DNA of 64,000 nt, from assembly GCA_050273025.1 (NCBI GenBank), contig CP158635.1:12462001-12526000 (forward strand), in the 5' to 3' direction. Shown here one piece after another: positions 50,600 through 62,700 of this stretch; position 1 is the stretch's first letter, and every line of letters begins with the position of its first letter. The notes beneath the pieces were generated by a model. The model did not search any database. It was not told the DNA's origin and saw only the letters and a program-made list of their open reading frames with translations. A program made the position numbers and the translations under genes. The stretch comes from Cenococcum geophilum. Its lineage: Eukaryota.

Positions 50600-51151
50600 G
50601 CAGTTACTAAACTACTCGGATCTGTTTCCTTCTCTATTAAAGGAGAATCTATTCTTTTATTACCCAGTTCCTATAAACCTTATTTTATAAGTTTCTACTC
50701 CTTAGAATAAACCTTCTTATAAACCTTCTTAAGACGAAGTAGATAAGCAGATGCCGTAATTTAAGTATTTAGGGCCTTCTATTCCGCGTTATAGGAACGT
50801 TCTAACTTAGCAAGGGCTTGCAATAGTTTACCATCTAGCCGCGTAGTAGTAGATTAAATACAAGACCCTAAGACAAATTAATTAGGGAACTAGACGACTA
50901 TTAAGAGTAATAGGTCGCGTATACTTAGTATTAGAAGTAGAGCGAATATTATAGGACGAATAAACGTTCGCTTTAGTACACTCCGAGTAAGAGGATAGTT
51001 ATCGCGAAAACGGGTTTACTAACGCAATATAAACTAACCCCTCTTTTAAACAATGAGAATATAGAGACGGCATAATCTTACTAAGAGATAATATTGCAGT
51101 AACAGTATAAGCACGACGTTGGGCGTATAAAGAAGAAATTGCTTTAGGTAT
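50600..51151 (-). pseudogene. Antisense accessory ORF of Gypsy B: Cys6-type motif, 55-nt intron (50922-50868), coiled-coil
   Basis: De-RIP MPKAISS..LGEIMPSPCSHC.KEGLVCIAL..PFSRQPSSCSECTKAN..SSCDVRS..W..RLDGKLLQALAKLERS..; a homologue lies in element C. Confidence 0.65.
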
Positions 51152-51259
51152 AATAAGCAATAATATTAACCAAATTAATTAGACGGATATTACACCTCTA
51201 GTAAACGACTTGGAGATGTTTTAAATCTTTAAGGACGAAGATAAAGAGGAGGGAGATGG

Positions 51260-51685
51260 TGTTACGGACGCTTTAAGTACAATATTACGGCTACTTGGAG
51301 AAGAGACGGAAGAAGCTAGTTAGTTAATTTAAGCACGGTCTAGGATGGAGCCGGTAGAACTATATGACGAGGAATAGTAACCGAGGTTATATAATGCGCT
51401 ATGTATTAAACGAGAGGAACAAGAGGAACTTACGTACCTTATATATAAGACGTATATCACGTATAAAAAGGGATTTTATAGGAGTACGGTTGTGTATTTA
51501 AGGACCCTTAGTCCCTACCTAAATAGTTCCTTCTTTATAGTAATTCTTAGAATACAATTGGAGTTAATCTGTTGGGCAACCACTCCACCAGTTGTTATTA
51601 CGTTGTTGACTTTTATACTTGCATTTCCTACACACCTAGCCCAATAACGAGCCCATCGTAGTTCTTGCTACAAGGTTCCGTTACA
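51260..51685 (+). repeat. 3' LTR of Gypsy B
   Basis: TGTTACGG..CCGTTACA, preceded by the PPT. Confidence 0.93.
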
Positions 51686-54600
51686 TAGTATGCCTAAGGC
51701 CAAATTTCGTACTTTTAGGATTGTCTATTGTTAGAACTAATTATAGGGGTTATCTTTAAATTAAGGAAGGTCTTACGAGCGGCGTATTAGGCTATTAGGT
51801 TTAGTACCTTATACTCCTAGTCTATATATAATTTTAAAGTTAAAACTAGAGAGGAACTCGTTCTAATATACCTAGTATTAGTTTAGCTACTTTATAGTTA
51901 TAAAGTACTTAAGATTGCGATAGTTAGTAAGGACTTTAGTTAGCTAGTTAGGCTTTACTAAGGAGAGTTTTAGTTAGAATTCTTTAAACGCTTATATAAT
52001 TATAAGGAGTTCTTTATTATAGATCTTATAATTATACTCTTATAGTATAAGCTTAGACGAGTAAAATGTAACTAGGTAAAGGAGACCGTTATTACCTATC
52101 TAAAAAAGGACGCCTGCGTTAACATAGTCTAAGGAGTTGGTTTTAAAATAGAGTTATTGTCCTAGTATAAAGTAAGCTAGGATAGGTGCTTTAGTAAAGG
52201 TATTTTTAAGGTCTTAGAACGCCTTCTTGTATTTAGGCGTCTAGGTAAAGCATAGGTACGTTTTTCTTCCTTTTACAAAAAGGCCCTTTATTTGCATTAT
52301 TACTATAAGTAGTGCTACTACGCCTAAGAAGTTGTATATAAATTTCTAATAAAAGTTAGCAAAACTAAGGAAGGCTTATACGTCCTTAATACAGTTAGGG
52401 GCTTGCTATTTAGTAATTATATATACTTTCTTAGGGTATATACAGACACCTTTAGTAGTAATAATTAGTTTAAGGTATTTTACTTCTATAACTAAGAATT
52501 TATATTTCTTTAAATTAATATAAAGTCCTACGTCCCTAAGGCGCTATAGGACCTTTTAAACGTGTTCGGTATGCTTAAAAGGGTTATTACTATAAATAAG
52601 TATATTATCTAGGTACGCAGAGCAGAAGTCGTTAAGGTAGTCCCGTAAGGCATTATTAATATAGCTTTAGAAGGTGCCTAGGCCGTTATATACGCTAAAG
52701 GGTATAATAGTATATTTAAATTGGCCAAAGCGCAATACGAATGCGGTTTTCTATTTATTACCTTCCCGTATTCGGAGATAGTTAAAGGCGGCGATAATAT
52801 TAAGCTTAGTATAGATTTTAGCTTAACTAAGCCGCTTAAGGGTCTTACGTATAAGCGGTACTAAGTATTGGTTTTTAATTATAATAGCGTTAAGTCCTTT
52901 ATAGTTAACATAGAATTAAATACCTTCTCCTAGTTTCTTAGCGAGAAGGATAGGGGCAGCTATTAGTGATATACTAGGATAAATAAATCCTTTATTAAGG
53001 TACTCGTTAATATACTTTTTTATAACTAGAAATTCGTCTTTTAATATTAGGTAGGGTCTCTTATAAGGTAATATTTTTCCTTATTTAATATTAATGATAT
53101 AGTTATTAGGTTAATATAGGGGGAGTATATCTACGCCCTTTTATAAGCATATATTGGTAAAGTTATAGTACCTCTTAGGGAGGAGCTTACGGAGTTCTTC
53201 GTTAGTAAGTCCTTTTTTAAGCTTTATAAACTTCTTAAAGTTTAAAGGTAAAAGTCTATAGAGTTCTATAGGGGCGTCGTTTTCTAAAAAGTTAACTATA
53301 TCTATCCTGTTACTATAGAGGATATAGTTCTATTCTTTATTAAGCTTATATAGTTATAATTAAAAAGCTATAGTAACGGTTTAGCCTTTTCTACGTACTA
53401 TATAGTAGAAGGCCAGGGCACTTATATAGTAGTAGTTAGTTATAAATAGGGTAATAAGGGGTTCCGTAGGTTAATATTCTAAGGAGTAAATAGAGGTGGC
53501 TAGGCTATGCCCTAGGCAAGTCTCTCTATAGTATTTAGAGTTAAAGGTTACTTCTTTCTTCTTTTAGTTAATAGCGGGGTTGTATTATTTAAGCTAGTTT
53601 ATTTTAAGGATAATAGGGTAGTTAGTAAGTGGTATAATATAGGCCCAGAGTTTTTCCTGGTGCCCATTTATATTTAGGTAGAGTTATACTATATAGGTGA
53701 TCTTTTATGCGGTATAACTACCGTTAGCAAGTTATAGGGCGTGGGCTTTAGTAAGGGGTAAGGTAAATAGGTTATAAGTACGCACAAATTAGGTATCTAT
53801 AAATTTATTAGTAGCTTCGAAATTAATTATAGAACGGCTTTTATATTATTTTTTAGCAGTAGTTTCTATTATAGGTAAAACTATCTATTTTCGTCTATTT
53901 ATCTTTATTAAGTTATTTATTAAGCAAGCTAATATATAAATCCCTCTGTTATTAGGGCGTCCTAACCCGCAACTTAAAGCTAAGACTTAGCGTTTTCCGT
54001 ATCTATATCCGACTCTACCGCTATTACTACGTCTTTGTTTTATATAGTAGTAGTGCGTAGTAACGTATTTAGTATTTAGGGTATTAGGCTAGGTATTAGG
54101 TAGCGGCTATTAAACCTAGCTATTAGGTAGTTTAGGTTATCATAATAGCAGCCTTCTTAATAGTATTTATAGTAGCGTTCTAGTTTCCGGAGTAGCTCGC
54201 GCTCTCTATCTAGGAGTTTTTATAGGAAGGTTAGTATAGAGAAATCGATATTAGCTCCGGTAGCACTTAAGGTAATAGGCGTTAGTAGCTTAGTATATAT
54301 AGGTTTAGTAGGCCTAGAAGGCTTTTATAGAGAGGTCTTTAGGTAAGGGTTAGTAGTAGTAATCTAATTTAGTTATTGTTTAATCTCCTATAGAGCTACT
54401 ACCATATTATAAACATTGTTATAGTTATAGCTGGCGGCTGTATAACTAAGGTAATAAATAACTTTTTTAAGGAGGTCCTTCTAGTCTTTAGTATTATCTT
54501 AGGCAAGGGCTTTAGTGTATTCCTGGAATTTAATATAGAATTCGTTAAATAATTTAGTAGGGTTTATTTTTAGGGCATGTAGTTTAGCTCGGCTAGTAGC

Positions 54601-55745
54601 TAATAAGTTATAGTTACGGTATATTAGGTTAAGATTATTAAGGACTTTTTAGTAGAACTGCCACTTCTAGGGGCTATTAGTCTCCTATTAGGCAAAGAGT
54701 CTGTTAAATAGTATACCCTTTATTCGCCTAATAATATAACTAATCTTAGTGTCTTCCGTAGGAAAAAGGTAGGCGCTCTAGGTTAGTTTCTCGTGGATTT
54801 ATATCTTTTAGTAGCTTTATTCCTTACGGTTTCCCTAAAAGACTAGGGGATTAAAATAACGTATATTAGACTCTACGGTAGCAGCTTAGGTTCAATTATT
54901 ATAGCTTTTATTATTGCTGCTTTAGTAGGGGTTCCTATTAGGTAAAGCTACTTAGCGCTAACCCTTTATTAAGCGTTAAGTAGGTAAAGTTGCCGGGGGC
55001 GTAAAGACTTAGGTGGCGTTATATATAGTAAAGAGGTATCTAGCGTTATTATAAATATACTTATTAAGCTAAGATTATAGGTATTTAATTATGCCGTCTT
55101 TTTTAGTAATTATAGCAATAAGTGCAATTTTAGCCTTCTTTAACCGTTAGACGTTGTGTTTAGATACGCGGAGGTCATCTTTAGTCTCTTAGCGTATGTT
55201 ATCGGCAAGCACCTCACAAACTTATAGGTCTTGGATAATATCGCAATCTTAAGCAGCACACATTTTAGCTTATATAAGCTTTAGGTAGTAGTTCTATAAA
55301 AGGCGGTAATATTTATTAGGTTCTTATGCTACCTTTTTTATAAACGTCTTAGCGTCTTATATTTTAATTTTAATAGGTAGTAGCTCTTTTACTTGCTTGT
55401 CCGTAGTTATATAGTTAATAAAAGATAAGATATTGTTAATATCTACCTTATTAAGGTTATTATAATCTTTTAAGCTACTAGGCTTCCCCTTAGGGGTTAA
55501 GGCTAAGACTAATAAGTTAAATTCTACTGGGGTTAATTAGCGGCGTAGGTTAAGTATAGGTATTAGATTATTCTTTAGGTTTAATATAGTGGCTAGTAAG
55601 GAATATTATCTTACTATTATAGGTTCCTTAGAAGTATAGAGTAGGGTAACTTATAAATACGCTGCTTTTAGCAGCGCCTACGGTATTACAGAGACGTAGA
55701 ATTGGTTATAGGCTAAGTGTCGGTGGTAAAAAAGGCGCAACGTAA

Positions 55746-55938
55746 TGTCATGGGACGGGGGCAGTGGCTATAGAGCGTATATATTCGAGGAGTCTATAAG
55801 ACGTTACGCGATCGATCGTAAGGGTCGAGGGCGTAAGGAGGTGATATACCTACGCGTAGCTGACATAAGCTGTACGCGAGGTGTACGCGAGAGCACGGGG
55901 TTCTCTTATGGAGGCCCCTGCGGTGGGGTTTTATAACA
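55746..55938 (-). repeat. 5' LTR of Gypsy A
   Basis: TGTCATGG..TAACA, followed by TSD ACTAG. Confidence 0.92.
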
Positions 55939-56724
55939 ACTAGGTAGGGTATATATAAACCTAATAAATACTTAGCTGCAGTTTAAAGGTAAAACTTAAC
56001 TAAACTTAGTATCTTAGAGCCTGTCTCCTAGTACTAAGTAATCGCCTTTTTAAGCCCTTTAACGTTATAGCCGCTAGTAATTATAAATAGGCCTTAATTA
56101 ATAAAGTTAACGCGTTAAATTTAGTCCTTATTACGGCGGACGCTATCTAGTACTATTAAGAGCTTCGCCCCCTACAGCGGCTATAAGGTTTTACCTTTTA
56201 ACTACTACGCGTAAAGCTTAGTAATAGCAGAGACATAGCTTTTTATAACTAAGTATTAGACTATCTCGTTAAATAGGGCGTCTTAGGCCTCCTTATCCTA
56301 TATCTCCCCTTCCTCCTTTATAGCTTCCTCCCCTATACCTATAGCTGCCCCTATAGCTACCCCTATAGCTACCTTTCCCTCTAGCTACTCTACCCACTTA
56401 ACTATCTTCTACCTTTTCTTTACCTACTTACTATCTTTCTATATCTCTTTCCGTTTTAACTTCTGTTTTTAATAGCTAGCAGCCTATAATTTTTAGTTAA
56501 CAACTTACTGCTCTAAAAATAGGTAAAGCTTATTTTCTATTACCTAGGCACCGTCTATATTACCTTTTAGTCTTATATACTGGTTTTTCTACTTTTTCTA
56601 TTTCGGCTTATACGCCCTTATAGTATTCTTTAAGCGCTAGGCCTTATAAATATTATATAACCGTGCCGTCTAGGCCTTAAATTTATTCTAAAGGCTATAG
56701 AAAAAGGGGGAGGAAGAGGCTAGG

Positions 56725-59700
56725 TATAACGGAACCTTATAGTAGGAACTACGATGGGTTCTGTTAATAGGCTAGGTATATAGGAAATGCAAAAACAGTA
56801 GTCGGCAACGTAATAACAACTAGTAGAGTGGTTGCCTAATAGATTAACTCCAATTGTATTCTAAGAATCACTATAAGGAAGAAACTATCTAGGTAGGGAC
56901 TAAGGGTCCTTAAATACACAACCGTACTTCTAAGAAATCCTTCTTATACGTGATATATAACGTTCCTTACATTTAACGCAGATAACACGTTTAACCATTA
57001 TATAACTCACTTACTATTCTTTATTACATGGTTCTATAGGTTTTATTCCAGTCCGTGCCTATATTAACCAACTAGCTTCTTCCAACTCTTCTCCAAGTAG
57101 TTATAATATCGTACTTAAAGCGTCCGTAATACCATCTCCTTCTTCTCTATCTTTATCCTTAAAGATACCTAGTATCTCTAGGTTATTTACTAGAGGTATA
57201 ATATCCGTCTAATCAATTTAGTTAATATTATTACTTATAATACCTAAAGCAATTTCTTCTCTCTCTTAGGTTAAGCGTCGCCTTCGTACTATTTCCTCGA
57301 TACTATTACTGGGTGAAGTAATAGTAATTCCTTGCTCTTATTGTGCGAAAGAGGGGTTAAGTTATATTGCGATCGCGAGTCCTTTCGGTCGCCAACCTTC
57401 CTCTTATTTTAAATGCACTTGCGCTAATATATGTTTATTATGTAACGTTTGTTCTATATCTAATATTAAGTATACGCGTCCTATTCTTCTTAATAGTTTT
57501 TAAGTTCCCTAAGTAATTTATTATAGGGTCTTATATTTAATCTACTGCTATAAAGCTTAATAGTAAGCTGGCCTCTGCGCTGCTTAAGGTTTAGCGTACC
57601 TTAGAAGAGTCCGCACGTGTCCTTAAAGCTTAGCGTCTAGCTTACGCTCATCTTTAGCGTTTAAAACGTGTTTGTAAGAAAGTTCGTTTAAAGGAGTAGA
57701 AACTTATTTAATAAGGTCTTTAGGAACTAAGTAATAAGAGAACTAACTTTCCTCCTATAGTAAAGGGAATAACTTTAAGTAGTTTAGTAGTCGCTCTTTC
57801 TAGGTCCCCCTTAGGTAACTTATTCTTTAATAATCCTTCTTTATTAATATTACCTAACCTATTTTCTTCTAATACTCCTATACCTTTTCTATAGCGTTCT
57901 TTAAATTTTCTAGTAGCTCCTAGGTAGTCTTAGTGTAGCCTATCCACTTAACCTTATACTATATTTTATTATTAATGTCCTTATAACTAATAATCTTTAA
58001 AACTTGCTATTTATCTTCTTCCTAACCTCTATACGTGTCTGCCTTATAAACTAGTAGTTTAACGTTCCTATATGCTAGCTCTAGTATCGCGATATACTAT
58101 ATAGGGTAAATCTTTATTTTGGCTGGTAGGTTTAACTTAAACATAACCGGTGAAATCCTCTATATAATTTTAAAAGGTCCTAGTCTAACGTAGTCCAATT
58201 TCTTACTTAGTCGTCGACTCTTAAAATTTTTGTATAGTAGCTATACTTTATCTCCCTCCTTAAGATCTAGTCCCTTAGATCTCTTAGCATTATAGTACTT
58301 TTTCATTCTCTACTATACTGCCTTAGCTATTTCCGTAAGGTTTACGTAAAGATTTATTAAAGTCTCTATTCTTTACTTAGCTTTACTACTTGTTTTCTTT
58401 ACTTAGCTTTACTACTTGTTTTCTTTACTTAATATAGCGATAACGATATTCTCGGTTTATATCCGTAATTCGCCTTAAATAGTAATATACCTATTCCTTC
58501 TTATGGTGTTGCATTATATACAAACTATATAACTAGTAATAGCGATACCCAATTATTCTATACATAATTAATATAATGCCTTAGATACTGTTCTAGTGTC
58601 TAGTTTAATCTTTCCGTTTAACCGTCTATTTGCGGATAATATACGGTAGAAGTTACTGCTTAAACTCCTTATTCCGCCAAAAATACCTCCTAGAATACTA
58701 CTACGAATCTTAGATCTCTATCTAATATAATTTTACTTAGTACTCTATATCTTATAAATACTTCTTTAATATAGATTCTAGCGATATCTTCCACTAAGAT
58801 TTCTTCTATACAGGCTATAAAGTATCCCCACTTTATAAGCTTATCTACTATTACTAAGATTACATCGTAATCTCGTCCAGTAATAGGATCCCTTAACTTT
58901 AGTAACTTAATAATAAAGTCCCATAATATAACCTCCCATAGTCTCTCTAGTATTTTAATAGGTTATAGCCCTCTATACGGCTTATACCTTATTGGTTTAT
59001 TCCTTTAGCAATCTAAACACTCTTTAGTGACCTTTCTAGCTATCCTCTAGATTCCGTCAATAATATACTCCTCTTAAAGTCTTAACACTAAGCCTATTAC
59101 TCTATTATGTCCTTAAGTTAATCCCTTATAGAAGTCTTCCATGAACTGCTCTGCTATGCTTCTTAGGATATACTTTACTTCTCAGTTTTTATATATATCC
59201 AACTATAGATCTTCTAGCTATGCTTTTAGAATTCTTTATACCCAAAAGCTTTCTGGTATCTCGTAGACCTTTTTTAACTCATTCTCTTAAGTTACTATAA
59301 TTTTTAGATGATTGTACCTAATTAGTCCGTCTATATCTTTTTATAGTAAAGCCCCTAATAGCTTATCATTATTTTATAGTTCAGCCTTTTAACTTAACAC
59401 ATCGGCTCGTGTGTTGTCTATACCTTTAGTATACTAAATCTTAAAATAGTATTCCGCAAGTATCTCTACCCATCTAACTTACCTCTAATTAAGTTCTTTT
59501 ATTATTAGGAACCCCGTTAGGTTCTTATAATCCGTTTTAACTATAAATGGTTTTTCTATGCCTTATAAGAATGCTCTTTATTCCTTTAGTACTATAACTA
59601 TACCTAATAACTCCTTGTTGTAGATGTTATAGTTTAACTCTAGTAGTGTTATTTTCCAACTGTAATACGCCACTAGATGCCATCTATCTGGATGCCTCTA

Positions 59701-62700
59701 TATAAAATATACTCTTAGTGCGAAGTCTAATACATCTGTTTCTATAACCGTCTTTAGTCTTAGTTAATAGATCTTAAGAACTAACTCCTAGGTAAACAAC
59801 TCTTTAACTTTCTTAAAGAGTCCTTACTATTCCTCTCCCTACGCCCATAGTTCTTCTTTCTTCGTTAATTATATAAATGGCTTAATATCCTTTAACCATT
59901 ATGCTATAAACCTTCTGCAGTAATTGCAAAACCCTAGAAACGATCTTAACTACGTAACGTTCTCCGGTTCTTACCAATTCACTATAGCCTTAATTTTCTT
60001 TAGATCTATACTAAGTTGGCCTAGTTTAATAATAAATCTAACGAAATTAGTCTTCCTGGTAAAGAACTCGTATTTCTTAATTACTACTAGCATTTATTCT
60101 TCCTATAGTCTCTTTAAAACCCACTTAACGTGTTCTCCATATTCTTCCTTATTTATTAAGTAGATAATAATGTTATTAAGGTATACCATAACAAATTCAT
60201 CCAAATATTCTCCTAATACATTGTTAATATACTTTTAGAACGTTACTAGTGCGTTTATAAGCCTAAATTGTATAACTAATAGTTTATACAGTCCTTTCTT
60301 TAACCTAAAGGCTGCCTTCCATTTATCGCCTTCCTTAATCCTAATTTAATAGTACGCCTACCTTAGATCTATTTTCGTAAAGATTTATACATTGCCTATC
60401 CTATCTTGGATTTTACTAATTAAGGGTAAAGGATACCTATCCTTCCTAGTGATGCTGTTTAACTGTCTATAGTTAATACACAGCCTTAGTTTGCTATTCT
60501 TTTTTGGTACGAACAGTACTAGATAACCCGCTAATGACTGCGATGGTCTAATGTATCCTTTTTATAAGTTTTCTTAGACAAACTCTTTTAATGCTCTACC
60601 CTCTTCTTTAGTAAGCTTATAGATTGGAAAGAACCTTAGACTTATTCCTAGTTCTAATTCTATCTTATAGTCCCATACTATATATTTTAACAGCTTTTTA
60701 CTTTTAGGTGACCATAGTTTCTTGCCATATTTATAGTATCTTTTTAGTATATAGCTTAGCCCTTTCTTTATTTCTTCGTAGGTTGCTTCTACTTAGTACT
60801 ATACCAACTTAGTTTATTATCGCATCTTACATCGTTAAGTATTCCTAATATTAACCTAACCTATAACCTAATTGATCTTTAGATTATATTCCTGTAACCA
60901 AAGCATTTCTAATACTGCCTTATTATTCCCCAATGGTAATATATCGAAAGACATCTTAACTTATCTTCCTTTAATGGTTAACTAAATAGGTCCTATTTTA
61001 AGATTAATAATGCCTCCGCCATAGGCTATCGGATCTCCTAAAATTGTCACTAATAGGTAAAAACATTCCTTCTGTCTATGTAGTAACCCTATTCTTTTAA
61101 CTACTATTAGCAAGATATAGTTTCTTATTGCTCCACTATCTATTAATACCTTAAACTGTTAATCTTACTATTTAACTTTTAAATTTAGGTGTCGTCCTTA
61201 AATTCCTTTGAGGGTCTAAGGCTCTACTACTAGCTCCCTCTAGTCCCATAGGCCTCTACTTTTTCTAACTGCTAGCTGCTAGATCCTATTTGTACTTAGT
61301 CCAACTTAGGCCAATACTTAGTTTATTTTTTGTCTTTAATATGCTATAGACAGGTGTTCTCTAGATATTTCCACTATTGTCGTCTATCTAGGCGTTCTTC
61401 CGTAAGGAATCTTCCTAGTTAAAGTATTAAGTCCCCTTATTCTTAAACTTTTACTAGATACTAATTATATATATACTTAACATTTCGATATTTTGCCTTA
61501 TCCGTTATCTAATATATCCTTATTAAATACTTTTAATTTTTGTCCTTTAGTGCTCTATATATATTATATATATTATCCACGTATGCTATCCATAATAGTA
61601 TATAATATGCTTAATGTCTTAGGTTAACTCTCAGTTTATCTTTGTCCTGGAGTTTAAACCTTTCTTATGTTAATCTGAGCGTTGCAACTTTGTTTATAGG
61701 TACTAAGATTTGTCTATTGCTTCTCCAATCCTCTAATTACTCCTCTAGATCCTTTAATGTTATAATTAAGGCTCCTTTAATGTAAGTTATAGCCTTCTCT
61801 ATAATCGGGTGGTCTTAGATAACTTTTTCGTCCAACCACATATAGAAATCTTCCCACTTATTATTATATCGTTGCCTATACCACTTTTAGTACAGCTGCT
61901 TAAGTGTATACAGCTCGTCCGTAAGGAAATATCTCTTTATTACTGCGTCGTAATAGCCTTTAGTGTGTCGTTCTTTGAACCTAGTAGGAATCCCTAAATC
62001 CTCTTCTTATTCTAGTTTAATAAGCCACTTAGCTCTTAGTGTGCCTATTCTAGGTCTATTGGTGATCCTTCGTACTAGCGCTCTGTCCTTCGTACGTCCT
62101 AATGTGCTAGATCTCTTATCTAGTTTCTGTTCTTGCCATAAGGTAATTTTTGCTCTAAATTCTTCCATAGTTTCTTTTACGTCGCGTCTTATAAGTAGAT
62201 CCTTAAAGTCTTCGTGCTTCTTAATCTTAGTATTAACTTTTTAATCTTTAGGCTAAATACTGTGTTCCCCTAGTAAGTCTTTTGGGTTTATATATCTGTC
62301 TCCTAGCCTAATCGCTGTTTGCGCTATAGATTCTCTAATTTATAAGGAAGCTCCTTGCTTCTTACTTATAGGTGTTTTAATTTATACTCTAAATTCCTAA
62401 CCCCTTAGATTCTTTAATCCTAAGCTTGCTTCTAACTTAAGCTTAGCTCTAGCCTTAGTCTAACTAGGCCTAACTAGTGTCCTCATCTCATCTTAAGAGT
62501 CCTAGATCTCACTTATCTCTTCTTAAAAGTCTTATACCGTTAGGAATTCTTATCCTAAGCTTATTCATATGTCTTTAAACTAAGCTGCTACTCTACTCTA
62601 TTAGTTTCTGTCCGTTATAGGTTTTTAAGCTTACCTTATCTTATCTTAAGAATCTTAAGCCTTTGGCCTTTTACCTTTATTAAGTAGTAAGCTAGCACTA

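Larger units (their letters stand above)
43703..51685 (+). mobile_element. Ty3/Gypsy chromovirus element B (full length, RIPped), nested in pol of element A
   Basis: 426-bp LTRs at 43703-44128 and 51260-51685; TSD TAGTA (43698-702, 51686-90); PPT AGAGGAGGGAGATGG. Gag ATG 44173, CCHC knuckle ~45,175, protease ALI(D)S(G) ~47,270, RT YL(DD) ~48,235, RNase H, integrase and chromodomain ~50,380-50,520. Confidence 0.95.
41550..55938 (-). mobile_element. Ty3/Gypsy chromovirus element A (full length, RIPped), interrupted by element B
   Basis: 193-bp LTRs at 41550-41742 and 55746-55938; TSD ACTAG (41545-9, 55939-43); PPT CTCCCCCCCCTCC beside the left LTR. Minus strand has protease ~53,830, RT AYLD(N)ILIYS ~52,600, RNase H ~52,100-51,800, integrase ~43,400-42,700 and chromodomain ~42,270-42,090. 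Confidence 0.93.
39563..56724 (-). mobile_element. CryptonF-type element ORF (Ndc10-like tyrosine recombinase + GCR1_C), RIPped and split: 56724-55944 and 41544-39563
   Basis: De-RIP translation gives N-terminal KNT.RAY.PKQ..W..DG..VTEDKL.LFL and KSYVSAI..LY.WQ. The core reads GKQNQHGKVEYM..MRN.DPILCPLS.MAFYFF.RW, KTHSARK.....EL.GV.E.QI.RAGRWN.DA..GAYLSYLP, LRVILLQDS..FP.HPLW. The C-terminal GCR1_C reads Y.MSR...V..LW.EW..GL.G.PSI.ALD..WG.RW...FYSRR..II. Confidence 0.88.

Noticed and set aside
41598..62244. ORF-track ORFs within the right AT-rich block (41598, 46218, 55745, 59924, 61809, 61963)
   Set aside because: Chance frames within LTRs or antisense to RIPped gag/pol.
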